A DNA stretch of 64,000 bases from Pristiophorus japonicus. Its lineage: Eukaryota. Numbering within the stretch: position 1 is the first letter of the stretch; every line of letters begins with the position of its first letter. This document shows, piece after piece, positions 24,299 to 37,389 of this stretch. The translations under genes were made by a program, and so were the position numbers. The notes under the pieces were generated by a model. It saw nothing but the letters and a program-made list of their open reading frames with translations. It made no database searches and had not been told where the DNA came from. The stretch spans positions 37,076,001-37,140,000 of the forward strand of contig NC_091992.1 of assembly GCF_044704955.1 (NCBI RefSeq), written 5' to 3'.

Positions 24299-27200
24299 AT
24301 GGCCATGAGCAACACATTTGAAGGACTGTATTGGTGATGATTGGGCCGATTTTATTGAGAGATTACAGCAACGTTTCATCACTAAGGAATGGCTGGGACA
24401 GGATTCGGCCGACAAACGCAGGGCTCATCTCCTGACGGTTTGTGGATCCAGGACGTACTCCCTGATGAAGGAGCTTCTAGCGCCAGAGAAGCTGGCGGAC
24501 AAGGCTTTTGAAGAGCTCAGTAAGTTGATCGGGGAACACTTTAAACCGGCCAGCAGCATGCACGTGGCGAGACACCGGTTTTACACGCACCGACGGCGAG
24601 AAGGCAAAGCATTCCAGACTTCGTGGCAGACCTCCGGTGACTGGCGAGCCTATGTAAGTTCCCAGATGCATACAGAGCGGAGATGCTGCGAGACTTTTTT
24701 ATTGAGGGCATCGGGCACGCTGGGGTTTTCAGGAAACTGATTGAGACCAAAGACTTGACCCTGGAAACGGCGGCTTTGATGGCCCAGACATTTATCTCAG
24801 GGGAGGAAGAGACCAGAATGATGTTTGACAGAAATCTTGGTTTAAATGCAGCAAATGGACAGGGAATCAACATTGTTAACGCAGCACACAGTTCTCCAGG
24901 CAGACAGGGGCAATCAGACATGCCTGAGCATGTAGTCGAATTCAAAGGGGGAATTCAACAGAGACAATGGCTAGCTGAATGACAATTCATGCCATCGCAA
25001 GGGACAATGCGGCCAGTAATGGGGCCATCAACACCTGTCAATGGTGCGTTTAAGGACAGTTACAGAGACAGTCAGAGACGATCGACTGGTAATGGACCTA
25101 TTGTTTCCAACAACGGCTCATGTTGGAGGTGCGGAGGCAAACACACAGCCAGAGCTTGCAGGTATCAGCAATATACCTGCAGAAACTGCAACGTCAGTGG
25201 TCACTTGGTGCGTATGTGCAGGAAGCCTGCAGCCAGGTTGATGTACGAGGAGGACGGGCCCGATGTAAGCCCTACGAGGCCAAATGGACACTGGGGGAAC
25301 TCTCTGGAAGCTGAAGTTCAGCGAGTTCATGTGGAGCACATATACAGTTCATACACCAGGACGCCACCGATAATGATGAAAGTGCTCCTCAATGGCATCC
25401 CAGTATCAATGGAGCTAGACACGGGGGCCAGCCAGTCCCTGATGAGTATCAAACAGTTCGACAAATTGTGGGCGTCCAAGGCCAGGACGCCAAAATTATT
25501 GCCAATTGATGCACAGCTACGGACATATATGAAGGAGATCATTCCGGTGCTAGGCAGCGCCACGATAGTCGTGACCCACAAAAATTCGGAGAACAGGTTG
25601 CCACTCTGGATTGTCCCGGGGGACGGTCCCGCACTACTGGGGAGGAGTTGGCTTGCTGTCATGAACTGGAAATGGGGCAATGTCAATGCAATTTCTTCTG
25701 TGGAGCGAATATCATGCTCACAGGTCCTGGACAAATTTGACTCGCTATTTCAACCCGGCATTGGCACTTTCATGGGGACCAAGGCAGTGTTTCACATAAA
25801 CCCAGACACCAGGCCAGTACACCACAAGGCCAGAGCGGTGCCGTACGCGATGTTGGAAAAGATAGAAGGTGACTTGGACCGCCTGCTGTGGGAAGGCATC
25901 ATCTCACCAGTCGAATTCAGTGACTGGGCGAGCCTGATTGTGCCGGTGCTCAAGGCGGATGGGTCGGTCAGGATATGTGGCGATTATAAGGCCACCATCA
26001 ATCGTGTGTCACTCCAAGACCAGTACCCGCTACCGAGAGCGGAGGACCTCTTTGCGACGCTATCCGGTGGCAAACTTTTTTCAAAATTGGACCTGACCTC
26101 AGCTTACATGACCCAGGAGCTGGCGAGTGAGTCGAAGAAGCTAACCACCATCACGACACATAAGGGGTTGTTTGAGTACAACAGATGTCCCTTCGGGATT
26201 CGCTCGGCCGCCGCAATCTTTCAACGAAACATGGAAAGTCTCCTCAAGTCGATTCCAAGGATCCAAGGACGGTGGTTTTTCAAAACGACATCCTCATCAT
26301 GGGTTGCGATACTGAAGAACACCTGCACAACCTGGAGAAGGTGCTACACAGACTGGACCGGGTAGGTCTGCAACTGAAAAAGGCGAAGTGCGTCTTCCTA
26401 GCTCCAGAGGTAGAATTCCTGGGGATGAGGGTAGCAGCAGACGGGATCAGACCTACTGCGTCCAAAATGGAAGTGATCCAGAGAGCACCCAGACCCCGTA
26501 ACACGATGGAGCTGCGTTCGTTCTTGGAGCTCCTGAACTATTTTGGTAACTTTCTTGAGCACGCTGTTAGTGCCACTACATGTGCTCCTATGCAAAGGTC
26601 ACGAATGGGTCTGGGGGGACAGCAAGGAAAGGGCTTTTGATAGAGCACGCAATTTGTTATGTTCCAACAATCTGTTAACGCTATATGACCCATGTAAGAA
26701 ACTTGTTTTAATGTGCGATGCGTGGTCCCATGGGGTCAGGTGTGTGTTGCAGCATGTCAATGCCAAGGGTCAGTTACAGTCGGTAGCTTATGCCTCCAGA
26801 AGTCTGTCCCAGGCACAAAGGGGCTATGGGATGGTAGAAAAGGAAGCGCTTGCATGTGTATATGCAGTACAAAAAATGCACTAGTACCTGTTTGGCAGGA
26901 AATTTGAGCTGGAGACAGATCACAAACCCCTAACGTCCCTTTTGGCCGACAACAAGGCCATAAATGCAAATTCATCGTCCCGCATACAGTGGTGGGCACT
27001 CACGTTAGCCGCCTATGGCTATACCACTCAGCAGGCTCCCACTAGCCAACACTGAGGGGGCAACCGAGCATGCTGTTGAGATGGTCATGGCTGTTGAAGT
27101 TTTCGAAAGCGAAGGCTCACCCATGACAGCCCATCAGATCAAAGTCTGGACAAATAGAGACCCGCTACTGTGTTTAGTCAAGAAATGTGTCCTGAATGGG

Positions 27201-28452
27201 GACAGGGCAGCCACGTACGGGGCATGCCCTGAGGAATTTAAACCATTTCACAGGCGCAAGAATTAACTCTCGATTCAGGCCGATTGCCTACTATGGGGAA
27301 AACCGAGTAGTCATGCCCCAGATGGGCAGAGAGGCGTTCATGTGAGAACTCCATAAAGGGCACCCGAGCATTGTCATGATGAAGGCAATTGCCAGGTCAC
27401 ATGTTTGATGGCCAGGGATAGATGCAGACCTGGAACTTTGTGTTCGCAGGTGCAACACGTGTGCCCAGCTGGGCAATGCGCCCAGGGAAGCCTCCTTAGC
27501 CCCTGGTCCTGGCCCGCCAAGCCATGGTCACGCATCCATGTGGACTACGCAGGTCCTTTCATGGGTAAAATGTTTTTGGTTGTAGTAGACGCCTACCCCA
27601 AATGGATCGAGTGTGACATTCTCAATTGAAGCACATCCTCTGCCACGATAGAAAGTCTACGGGCAATGTTCGCCACCCATGGTCTACCGGACGTCTTGGT
27701 CAGCGACAATGGCCCGTGCTTTACTAGCACTGAATTCCAGGACTTCATGGCAGGAAATGGTATCAACCATGTCAGAACGGCACCGTTCAAGCCGTCCTCA
27801 AACGGCCAGGCAGAACATGCAGTGCAGATAATCAAACAGGGGATGCTCAGAATCCAAGGGGGTTCCCTACAAAGCCGCTTATCACGCCTCCTGTTGGCCA
27901 AATAGATACCGACCACACTTGCTCACAGGGGTTCCACCCACAGAGCTGCTAATGAAAAGGATGCTCAATACCAGGCTATCCCTTATACACCCCACCATGA
28001 AAGAAATTGTCGAGAGCAGACACCGGTCACAATGTGACTATCATGACGGGAATGCGAGGGCACAATGTATTGATGTCAATGACCCTGTCTTTGTCCTCAA
28101 CTATGCTGCAGGGCCCAAATGGCTCGCAGGCACTGTGATTGCCAAGGAGGGGAATAGGATTCTGGTAGTTAAACTTACCCATGGACAAAACTGTCGCAAA
28201 CACGTGGATCAAACAAAAAGGAGGTTCCGCAACCCCATAGAAGAAGCAGAGGAAGAACACATTGGAGAGTTCACTCCACCACAGGTGACCGAATACTGGA
28301 ACCAAGTGGAGGAGAGCCCAGTCACTGTGGGCAGTCCGGACAGGCCTGAGGCACCGCAAACAGCAGACACTCAGGCCAGCGCCCAACAACCGGAGCCCCA
28401 ACTCAGGCGCTCTACAAGGGAGCATAAACCACCAGAGAGACTTAACCTGTAA
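24299..28452 (+). pseudogene. Disrupted gag-pol of element A (Gag with two zinc knuckles, PR, RT, RNase H, IN)
   Basis: CWRCGGKHTARAC, CRNCNVSGHLVRMC, LDTGA, YPLP, KLDLTSAY, VFQNDILI, CDA..EKEALA, RIHVDYAGPF, VSDNGP, SNGQAE; several stops and frameshifts. Confidence 0.93.
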
Positions 28453-29994
28453 TCCCAATAAGACTTTGCGGGGGAGGTGATGTCATGTATTCAACTGTCA
28501 TTGTAATCCATGTATAAACTGACCTAAGTTGTACACCGTGAGAACACTGACCACTAGGTGGTGAACTTGTGGGAGACACTCCTAACCTGGACTTTCAGGT
28601 ATAAAAGGGGAAGCTCCATCCATCGACTCCACTTCAGTGCTGGCTAATAAAGGACTGGTCACAGAGTGACCTTCTCTCTAGTATGGGTCTCGTTTGCATT
28701 TGTACTGTATAGCAAGGACATATTAATTTACATGCGGTGGATGGAGAAGGGGTGGCCAGTGGTCTTAATGGGGAGAGGAAATTGAGGTCGTGGCAGGTAC
28801 ATAACAATAGGCCTCATCATCTGATTTCTCCAAATTTTTCACCACTATACCAATTGATTTGTGGAAGAGTAGTACAGGTACATCCAGGTTTCCTTAGACT
28901 GTTTAAAGCATTGTAGAAGCCGAGCATTATATTGCTGCTTATCTCCTGGATCCCTGTTGCATCTGCATAATTATAAACCTTGTGGATAAAGTTGACTGCT
29001 AGCTTTGGTCTAAACTATACAGTCTGATAGCATGGTGTTCTTCCAGCTTTTGCAGTGTTTAGGTGGACATGGTGGGCAGACAATGGTATGAGTGTGTAAG
29101 TTATGGATCAATGGAGATAGGGCTCTGTCAAAGAGTCTGAATTGTAACACCCAGCTGTTGTTTGACATAAAAGTCCACAGGTTGTAGCCCCTTGCGATAA
29201 GCAACATGTGAGAATGCATTAACTGGCTTTATTTCAGCATTCCTGTCACTGCAGAAGTGCCGGGGTTGGGAAATGAAGGAGGGAATGCGATTTGAATAAT
29301 AATTATAAAATAATTTAATTTAAAAATAATACTCTCCATGTTTAGGATTTAACTACAGGATACTACCGTGATGTAGAACTTCAGCCTGTTTGTATGTGGG
29401 TTACAGCGTCTGATTATGCTCTGTAACCTTGAAAGTTGTTTTTGGATTACGCGCTGGTGGTGGAGGTCCATTAGTTACCGTGCAGAGCCAGCACTGTCTG
29501 TATTAGAGTGGACAACATCCACTGGGAAATATAAGGAGTGACATTAATAATCAATATGAATGTAATAGATTGCAAGTCCCAGATTGGAGGCAGACAGGTT
29601 CACCTGAGAGCACAAAATCTAGCTCTCAGTTCCTGCCAATTACATGCTTGTGTACTTCAGTGTTTTTTTTAATGATTGCAGAGTCGTGGTACAAAGAAAA
29701 TAAATCTTTCTAACAGCGAGAAAAAAAGAGCAACACGGGACAGAAATTAATGTCGGTCATAGTACCCATCAAACACTTTGCATTTATTTCACATTAGCTT
29801 AACTTTAACCAAGGGATTAACCTGTTTATTTTAACTGGATTAATACCCCCATTAAAATAGTGGTCAGAGGAATGTCACATAAACATGCTTGCCCACTCTT
29901 ACTGCCAATTCTAATGCCCATCCTCATGTGTTTTTCTTGTTTGCCTTTAAATAAATACAAATTTATTGAACAACAAGATCTGTACACGTTCTGT

Positions 29995-30452
29995 GTTCGT
30001 GATTAGCAACACAAGTTCGAGGAACAGCACCTCATCTTTTGATTAGACACTTTACAGCTTTCCAGACTCAACATTGAGTTCAGCAGCTTTAGATCATAAC
30101 CACTGCTCCCATTTCCTCGAACCACAGATGCTGGTAATGGTTCTGCTGTAACAAATTACATCTCATCTGGTCCCAACTTTTGTTTCTTCACTTGTCCCAT
30201 TACCATTCCTTTTTGCCTTGAACCATCAGCACTTTAGTCATTTAATAACTCCTGCCTTTCACCCTATCACAGACCATACCTTTTGTTCTATACTCCATCC
30301 TCTTCCCTGGCTCGGCACTTGCTTAAAAAATATTAAATCTCTAATATCTTCCAGTTCTGTTGAAAGGTCATGACCTGAAATATTAATTCTCTTACTCTCT
30401 CCACAAAGCATGCCTCACCTGCTGAGTGTTTCCAACATTTTCTGCTTTTGTT
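29995..30452 (+). mobile_element. Penelope-like element 3' end
   Basis: KFEEQHLIF*LDTLQLSRLNIEF (GIY-YIG C-terminus); terminal sequence homologous to the reverse complement of 60000-60130; degenerate hammerhead at 30352-30390. Confidence 0.8.
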
Positions 30453-30624
30453 CCTGAAAATGCTAACCCACGCTCCACTCCGAACCATAAAACATTATCC
30501 TGAAGTAAGTTGGTTTCATGTAGTTGGCAGACTTCAAACATCGCTGATACTTTCAAACTCACAAGCACATGGTTACAATTATTTTATTCTAAGGATTTGG
30601 GCATCGCTGGCAAGGCTGGCTGGG

Positions 30625-31770
30625 TAGAACTGCACTCGCCTGCTTCCATTTTTATCTATCTTGTCGTAGCCAGAGAATCACCTGCAATGGCTTCTCTTCC
30701 CGCCCCCGCATCATTACTTCTGGTGTCCCCCAAGGATCTATCCTTGGCCCCCTCCTATTTCTCATCTACATGTTGCCCCTTAGCGACATCATCCGAAAAC
30801 CCAGCATCAGTTTCCACATGTACGCTGAAGACACCCAGCTCTACCTCACTACCACTTCTCTCGACCCCTCTACAGTTTCTAAATTGTCAGATTGCTTGTC
30901 CGACATCTAGTTCTGGGTGAGCAGAAATTCTCATCAATTAATTATTGGGAAGACCAAAGCCATTGTTTTCAGTCCCTACCACAAACTCCGTTCCCTAGCC
31001 ATTGACTCCACCCCTCTCCCCAACTTCTGTCTGAGGCTGAACCACACTTTTCGCAACCTTGGTGTCATATTTGACCCTGAGATTTCAACCACATATCCGC
31101 AGCATAACTAAGACCGCCTATTTCCACCTCTGTAACATCGCCGGTCTCTGCCCTTTCCTCAGCTCATCTGCTGCTGAAACCCTCATCCATGCCTTTGTTA
31201 CCTCTAGACTTGACTACTCCAACGTACTCCTGGCTAGCCTCCCACATTCTACCCTACGTAAGCTTGAGGTGACCCAAAGCTCGGCTGCTTGTGTCCTAAC
31301 TCGCACCAAGTCCCGTTCATTCATCACCCATGTGCTCACTGACCTACTTTGGCTCCCGAATAAACAACGCCTCGATTTCAAAATTCTTATCCTGGTTTTC
31401 AAATCCCTCCGTGGCCTTGCCCCTCCCTATCTCTGTATTCTCCTTCAGCCCCACAATTCCTGAGATCTCTGCACTCCTCTAATTCTGCCCTCTTAAACAT
31501 CCCTGATTATATTCGCTCAACCATTGGTGGCTGTGCTTTCTGTTGCCTCGGCCCTAAGCTCTGGTATACCCTGCCTAAACCTCTCCACCTCTCTACCCTC
31601 GTTTAAGACACTCCTTAAAACCTACCTCTTTGACCAAGCTTTTGGTCACCTGCCCTAATTTCTCCTTATGTGGCTCGATGTCAAATTTTTGTCTTATAAT
31701 GCCCCTGTTAAGCGCCTTGGGATGCTTCATGATTTTGAAGGCGCTATATAAATACAAGTTGTTGATGTTG
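30625..31770 (+). mobile_element. L2 LINE 3' fragment inserted into a minus-strand CR1/L2-group 3' end (30590-30625 and 31770-31885)
   Basis: SGVPQGSILGPLLFLIYMLPL, FHMYAEDTQLY, LIHAFVTSRLDYSN; (TTG)n tail. Confidence 0.9.
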
Positions 31771-32031
31771 CCCTTGAAAAGGTGGTGAGCCTTCTTCTTG
31801 AATTGCTTAGTCCGTGTGGTGAAGGTACCCCCAGTGAGTTTGACCCCGCGATGATGAAGGACCGGCGATATATGTCCTAAATCTAAGGGAAGACTGGGCT
31901 TCCATATGTGTTTTAATGTATTTAAGAATGGAGAATAGGTGAAATGCAGATCAAGATGATCAGCATCTAACCATGGAAAAGGTAGGCTATAGTTGGTAGT
32001 GACCCTTCATCACAACTTGATTCTAAGATTT

Positions 32032-33555
32032 TGGGCTGGATTTTTCCAACCGCGGCAGGTCGGTGGTGGGCGACATCAGTGGTGGGTCCCAGCCTCGCTG
32101 CTGGCTCCAGCCTGCTGTCCAAAATAATTTTCCCCTGATTTGACTAGTTAAGCCCGCCCAGCGCATTTGCCGGCCAATTGAAGGAAATGGATCTGATAAT
32201 GTCGTTTGATGACGCATCATCAGCCGGTTTCCTTAAAGGGACCATGTGCAAATTTATTTTGACATTTGTGTTGTCAGTGTTCTACAGCATTGAGGTGCTG
32301 CAAACACTGACAAATACTGCTTATGGTGTGAGTCACAACACGCAAGGAGGTTGGGCAGAAGAGACCTCTCAAGGAGCCTGATTGCACACTGCACAGGAGG
32401 ACACAAGCAGGCATGTCGTCAGGAGGACCTGGCTGCAGTGGCGCAAACCTTTCAATAATCTCAGTAGTTCACGAAATGTTACTGCAAAGTCACACTCAAC
32501 CTCATCCTGCTGTGCCACTCATCACATCCCCATCACTCTGCCTTCCCTACCCTACTCCTACACATCCTTACTCACACCAACTTACCTTGCACATCCACCC
32601 ATCCCTCTCTATCTACATTATTACTTCCCCATCTCACTAGCCATCCCTCACATTCACCCTCATCCTAGTGCAATCATACTAACTAACAACACACAAGGCA
32701 CCTGGGTGTTTTATCCAATGTTTATCAATGCTAATGTAAAGTTTCTGTTAATGTAGTTTCAAACATTGAAACCTTTATTTTCAGCACTTTGTTTTCTTGG
32801 ACAGATCTTTGTGCACCTTTGGAAGTGGCTCAGTGAGATGCAGTGAATGGTGAGACATAACGGTACGCCCACAATGATGATCAGTGTGAAATTAATGGCT
32901 TGGGTATTGTAGGGATGATTTATGGTGTTGGTGTGGGATGGGTTCAACCTGGTGCATCATGTGGCAACCAGGGTGTACAGCATCAAGTGAAGTAAATCTG
33001 GCCATGGTGAGACCATCCCTGGCCTTCCGGGCAGCAATGTGATTGGGTGCTGATATCCTCTGTCCTGTGCAGCATTAGTTGATTGCAGAGAAGGTTGGTG
33101 TTGTTGTTGGTGCTGCTGGTGTGCCTGGCACTGCTGGTGTTGGGGCTGATCGTGGTGAGATTCTGAGGACCAAGGTGAGATAGTTTCAATGGCACCAAAA
33201 TTGATGTAATAGGTGGCAGTTGAAGTTGAGATGACAGAAGCGATCTGTCAATGTTGAGAGGGGTTGTTCCAATGAGGTGACACTGGATAGAGATTTTCTC
33301 CAAACACTTGCAACCTGCTTAAAGCTCAATCTGTCTTCCAAATGCGATAGCAACCACGCCTGAGCTTGGAAAGTAAGTAGCTGTGAGATAGGAGCTGTCA
33401 AGTAATGGGTTGATTCCATGGCCATTCAACTCCCACAGCGGGTTCCCAACCTACTGTGAAAAAAAATTCCACCTGACCCACCACCGATCACACTCACTGA
33501 CCTCCCCTCCGCCTACCCCCCCCTCCCCCGCCACCCCTTACAAAATGATCTCCCT
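32032..33555 (+). mobile_element. Decayed PIF/Harbinger derivative with a Myb/SANT remnant at ~32340-32480
   Basis: Starts GGGCTGGATTTTT; LHTAQEDTSRHVVRRTWLQWRKPFNNLS resembles the Harbinger RT..QCRKRFNDL motif; right boundary uncertain. Confidence 0.65.
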
Positions 33556-34969
33556 TATCTTGATGATAATGACTTATCTCTCCTGAAACTACTCAGAAAC
33601 AATATAGTTAAATCAACACACTCTCATCTCAAGTAATTCCTCACCTGCCTCAGAACTTATACAGGGATTGGGACAGGGATAATCAGTTCTATCTTCTGCA
33701 TGTTGAATGCACTGTCAGTTGGAATTATTGTGAGTGTGTGTTATAAAAGGTTTCACACCACAAATTAACAAGATATATCACAGGTTAGAGTCCCAATTAA
33801 AGGAACAGAATCCTACACAGCTTGAATTGAAGACCCTACAACTATTTTGAGTTTCATAATTAAACCAATGTGAAACATGTTTCACAGGCAGCTCACTGAT
33901 TTGGAGGTGAGAAATTGGGCTGCATGGCCGCTTTTCAAGGGCTGCAGCAGCAGATTAAAGTGGAGGTGTATTTTTGTCAGGGACTGAGAGAAGCAACATT
34001 GAAGAACAGCAGGCAACATGAATTCATAATGCAACATAAACTTTCAAATCCATTAAGGTAAAAAACCCCACAAGTGACTACAACAAAATAATGCAAACAA
34101 AAACTCAATATCTGAGAGCAGTTGAAGATCCCTTTAAGAATTGCTAAAATTGGTCACCTGCCAATTTGTACCACCTATGGTTGGTGGACGGGAGCAGTAA
34201 CTGACAGTAGTCAGAAGGTGAGTGAAGAAAACAGCATTAGGGTCTAAATGGCATCACTTGACCCATTATTTATAGGTATTCATGAGGCTCCCATCTGTTT
34301 CCGACAGATGTCTTTGGCCCCCAGGATTCATGGTTGCCTCTAAAAAATAAGCGCAGTGGTAAGTGAGTGGGTTCAGCAGCTACTCAATGTTGGCTCTGCT
34401 ATTGCCCTGTTTTCTGAGCATAAACAGGGTGGTAGCAAAATGATAACCGCCCCCAAAATGTCGGAAATTAGAATTGTCAGTGGGCTGCGAGGCCAAAGAC
34501 CTTGCTGAGTAAATCTCGTGCCTTTAGCATTTGCAGGTGCTCAACTGCACTTTTGGATAGCTCAGTGTACTTTTGCCCCTGCAATTCAGCTAAAGATTAT
34601 GGCAAGCTACATTCCATTCGGTTGCACTTTCAGTCTAATTCCTTGCCTTCGCGCACCATAAGGCCTTTATTCAGGGCTGCTTTTGAGCTGTCAGCTTCTT
34701 TAGGCTGCGTCCGTCATTTTGAAACTGTTGGGACATTTTTATGCTAGCTTTCAAGATTGGCACGTATAGGCAAACAGCCAGCAGGCACTCAATCTAGGTT
34801 CACACTTGAGAAGCTTTTTAGGTGAAGCACACAGGGTGCAATGTATATAAATTGGGCACTTCCCCATAGAACTAAAATCCTGAAACAATATTGCAGAACT
34901 GTTTCTGGAAGCAGTTCTAAAGTAGAAAAGCATGGCCTTCATAAGATAACATTGACACATCATAAGTGG

Positions 34970-35149
34970 TAGGAGAATTAGTGAATTACATCGTGTATAA
35001 TGGTCAAATACAGAAGGTTTAGCATGAGGGATTAGAGAAGTGCTACCAGAAATGGCTGCAATGGAATTATAAGTAGCACTTGTCTAATCCCTTATGCTAA
35101 ATCTTCTGTATTTGACCATTGTACACTATGTAATTCACTAATTCTCCTA
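34970..35149. repeat. Long inverted repeat (77-bp arms, 26-nt spacer)
   Basis: 34970-35046 versus 35073-35149: 72/77 complementary, no indels; outermost bases are TA on both sides. Confidence 0.95.
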
Positions 35150-35686
35150 AGCTTGGAATATGGAATCATATCTGGGCACTTTAAAGAATATGTACAGAGT
35201 AGCAGCACCATCAAGAGCAATATATCGCTGTATAGAAAACTTGAAGTCACTTTATATTGTGGTGGGTACTAATGATGAACTGTCAGCGCTTGCCATCATT
35301 ACCCCTCTGAAACTGACGGTAACTTCAGGATTTAACACATAAGCATCTAAACGTGCAAAACCTTGTTGCGGTCAGTTGTTCATTGTTCTGATACAGGTTG
35401 CACAGTGGATCGCCCCCCCACGTCCCCATCTGCACCGCCCCACCCATCCCATCCCCGTAGCTGGCAGTCAGTGAAATCAGTGAAACTGATGAAAACTTGA
35501 GTTTTTCTGCATTAATATCACTGTTATATACCCCATTAATGTTAAGCCTTGTTGGAATAGGTGTAACTGGGGTTTTAATATCGGATTGACTGTTAAGCAA
35601 CCATCCTGGCCCTGGCTAATTTTTAGATTTGTGGAATGTCAAATTTATCCATTATGATAATAATTACCATTTTTGAAAAATATATA

Positions 35687-36002
35687 TAGGTTGAACCTCC
35701 CTTATCTGGAACCACCCATCGTCCAGAACCAGTCCCAGCCATTGGGTGGCGCATGCGCAGAACTCAGACATGAACAAATTGAAGTCCTTCCTCGCTACTG
35801 ACTCCCGCAATCGCTGGCCTGACCCCGCAATCCACCGCCCCCTCCTCTCTGCCACACTCCCAGCCCCAAGCCAGCCAGCCCCGAGATCCCCTTGCTCAGT
35901 GCCTGTACCATCCAATTTAACATGACCACCCCTAGTCTGGAAAAATCCCTTATCCAGAACAGGCCAGGTCCCAAGAGTTCCGGATAAGGGAGATTCAACT
36001 TG
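35687..36002. mobile_element. Tc1/mariner-pogo (Tigger-like) MITE with TA TSD
   Basis: TIRs AGGTTGAACCTCCCTTATCTGGAAC and GTTCCGGATAAGGGAGATTCAACTTG; TA on both flanks; sits inside another repeat (~35340-36357). Confidence 0.85.
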
Positions 36003-36722
36003 TACGTGTATACTTTTAAGTTTATTTATGATATTTCTGTTCTTACCTTAACTGCATGTGTATGTCCCAATCTTTATTTCGCTCTCTGTAACATTTTTTA
36101 AAAGTGAGGATAAAAGCTGCTTTTTATTTCCTGGTCTGCTGTCTGTCAGAATTCGACAATATGATTGGCTGCTTAGACAGCTTGATAAGGTCACTGCTGC
36201 ACTACACTAGGAATGCCCTATTCACAGCGCTACAGTCAATTACACATCGAGAAACCTCAAGTTTCCGCCACTGAGATCGCGAGAACTTCCTGGAAGGTTT
36301 TCTTCGTGGTCAGCAGCAATCGCCATCCCACTGCCGCTGACCGCTAATCAAGGGTCAATATATTTACTGTAATAGCCAGTCTGTTTGAATATATAACAGC
36401 TTTAGAAATACTGGCAAAGTTTTGGTTATGACTCAGGAAGGCATTATTTTTCTAATTTTTAATTGCTACCTTATTTACCTGCTTACTTTGTCCTGTGAAT
36501 GGTCATTGAGTCCAAAATGTTTTCACAGCTAGTTGGCAAATGGATTTATATCTTCCGACTATTATGTATGCTGGAGCCTATTTTGGATTTTTGAATAGAT
36601 GCTTTTGGTAATATCTCCTGTTAGCTGTATATATAACAATAACAACTTATATTTATATAGCGTCTTTAATTATAGGAACGTAATCAGACAAAAATTGACA
36701 CCAAGCCAAAGAAAGAGACATT

Positions 36723-37389
36723 GGGCCATAAATTGCGGCCTCTCCAGGTGCATACAATATGCGCACGTGCCCGAACTGGCCCTTTAAGTTCTAGGTTTAG
36801 GCGCACAAAATGCATCCCCGGGGAAGGGCCTTCGTGGGCAGAGATTTAGGCTATTTGCCCAACTCCTGCCCAGCGAATGTCCTTAAAACTCTTACACCTG
36901 CTTTTACCAGCGTAAGAATTTTAAAAGATAGAAAAATTAAATGTTATCACTAAGTTTTATATTAAAAACCCTGTCCATTAAGGTAAGTTTATTTTTAACC
37001 CTATTACAACATATTAAAAATGTTTTTTTCTGAAACATTTAATTTAATTCAATTTTGATTAATTTTAAATAAGTAAAGTGTTTTTTTTAATTTCTGTTTT
37101 GTGTTTCTGTGTTTTTGGGGGTATGCCCATTGTTAGTAATGGGAGGACTGTACAAATGGAACTCACCATTACTATCAATAAGAATACTCCATGTGCATTT
37201 GTGGTCCAGGCCCACGTGATCCCAGGATGCGCGTATGATCCTGGAATGCGTATGCGTCTGCGCTGGGCTGTGCATCTAGGCCTTGGAGCAGAAGTGTTCA
37301 TTCCTCCGAGACCACCAGGTACTTTCGTTAAAAATATTCCAGTCGAGGGCATCCGTCCGCTAGAAGCCTCCGACCGCAATTTCTGGCCC
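36723..37389. mobile_element. PIF/Harbinger-type MITE inserted in a minus-strand L2 tail (36635-36722 and 37390-37530)
   Basis: TIRs GGGCCATAAATTGCGG and CCGCAATTTCTGGCCC; the L2 sequence resumes across it; TSD degenerate (ATT/TCT). Confidence 0.8.

Larger units (their letters stand above)
24016..28725 (+). mobile_element. Full-length Gypsy (Mag-type) LTR retrotransposon A, TSD ATTTA
   Basis: LTRs 24016-24262 and 28481-28725 (about 10 substitutions plus one 2-bp indel by manual count); PBS TGGCGACGAG at 24264; PPT GGGGGAGGTGA before 28481; ATTTA on both flanks. Confidence 0.97.
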
